This document shows, in pieces, positions 34,386 through 35,459 of a stretch of DNA of 35,459 nucleotides. The translations under genes were made by a program, and so were the position numbers. The notes below the pieces were generated by a model that had not been told where the DNA came from, searched no databases, and saw only the letters and a list, made by a program, of their open reading frames with translations. Within the stretch, counting starts at the first letter, position 1. Every line of letters begins with the position of its first letter. This stretch comes from Octopus sinensis (Eukaryota), in the NCBI RefSeq assembly GCF_006345805.1, contig NW_021836750.1, positions 1-35,459 of the forward strand, read 5' to 3'.

Positions 34386-35103
34386 AGATATATAGATAGA
34401 CTGACAGACCGGTAGATGCATTTACCATGACGCACTAATATATATGTACTTTCAAGACCTATTTATAGAATGAACCTAGCATGTATTTCCATAGTAGCAT
34501 TATTATACGCGAATGGATTTATTCCGATTTATTGACCGAAGTAGGTTGGAACGAACGAACCTAATTCGTTTACCCCATAGCATTATATTTCTTTTATGAT
34601 CATAAGCTGAAAATTGCAAATGGATGGATATAAATAAGGAAAAAGTATTTATATATGAGCATATTTCGTAGCATGAAATAATATACGTTCACGGGAGTGA
34701 AAAATGGGATTGTTTGTTTAGATAGCTATGTGTATGAGCACATACATAAGTATGTAGATTAGTGTTAAATAGATGTGTATGTATGCATGTACAAGGGTGG
34801 ATGTAACTAAATCTTGGCTTAATAGCTCCTTGTAATGACTCGTAACGCAAATGTGACAAAGCCTGCGACAGTAATGACATATTGCCAAAATCAATTCTGT
34901 AAGCCGACAGGTTTTGGTCTCCTGCCGTGCTAAGGAAGTGACCATATGGTACAGGTTTCCTTTGGAGTGAAACGTTAGAATAATTACTTGTCTCTTGACA
35001 AGTAATTGTTCAAATTTATTATCTTATGACATTATCTCAGAATGGTCATTTATTTTGCTAAAAGCCTTGTGAGTGGATTTATCAGGCAGAAACTGAAGAC
35101 GTT

Positions 35104-35151
<48 letters not shown>

Positions 35152-35154
35152 AAT

Positions 35155-35375
35155 ATTAGGGAATAAATCCAAACTTACAGGGAAAAATCAGATTAGGATT
35201 GAATCCAATTTATAGCAAAATATTATATATATTAAATTAGAGACAAAACCACTATTATGCAATCAAACAAACAAGAAAGACTTAATCCAATACATAAATT
35301 AATTTATATTATTTAAATTTAACAATTATTTATTTGATTTGCATATAGTGGGTTTTGTCTCTAATTTAATATATA
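35155..35375. mobile_element. Small foldback element in (TA)n (arms ~35224-35272 / 35329-35375) with ~70-bp leader
   Basis: ATATTAAATTAGAGACAAAACCACTA... versus ...TAGTGGGTTTTGTCTCTAATTTAATAT. Confidence 0.75.
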
Positions 35376-35376
35376 T

Positions 35377-35459
<83 letters not shown>

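Overview
Eukaryotic, AT-rich, microsatellite-saturated non-coding DNA. The repeat repertoire suggests an Octopus (coleoid cephalopod) intron or intergenic region; this is from recollection of the SINE families, not a database search. I find no intact host protein-coding gene, and nearly all ORF-track entries are microsatellite or SINE read-throughs. The window holds three tRNA-derived SINE families, which I label A, B and D (over 20 copies or fragments, many nested, several with clean 12-19 bp TSDs). It also holds decayed fragments of at least six retroelement lineages: HERO-like RLE, two R4/Dong-like RLE, Tx1/L1-like, two RTE, CR1-like and Penelope GIY-YIG. Other elements are a mariner-type MITE, two Helitron-like non-autonomous elements, three foldback elements inside (TA)n, and a 16 x 34-bp minisatellite. 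The most notable signals: (i) SINE B repeatedly inserts at GGTATTT, a motif within SINE B itself, giving antisense nesting at the same position twice plus a head-to-tail trimer; (ii) the 34-bp array is an amplified internal piece of SINE A; (iii) a template-jump chimera sits inside one 18-bp TSD; (iv) two inverted paralogous ~90-bp non-repeat islands; (v) a Dong-like element inside (TAA)n. No new protein-based system is supported.
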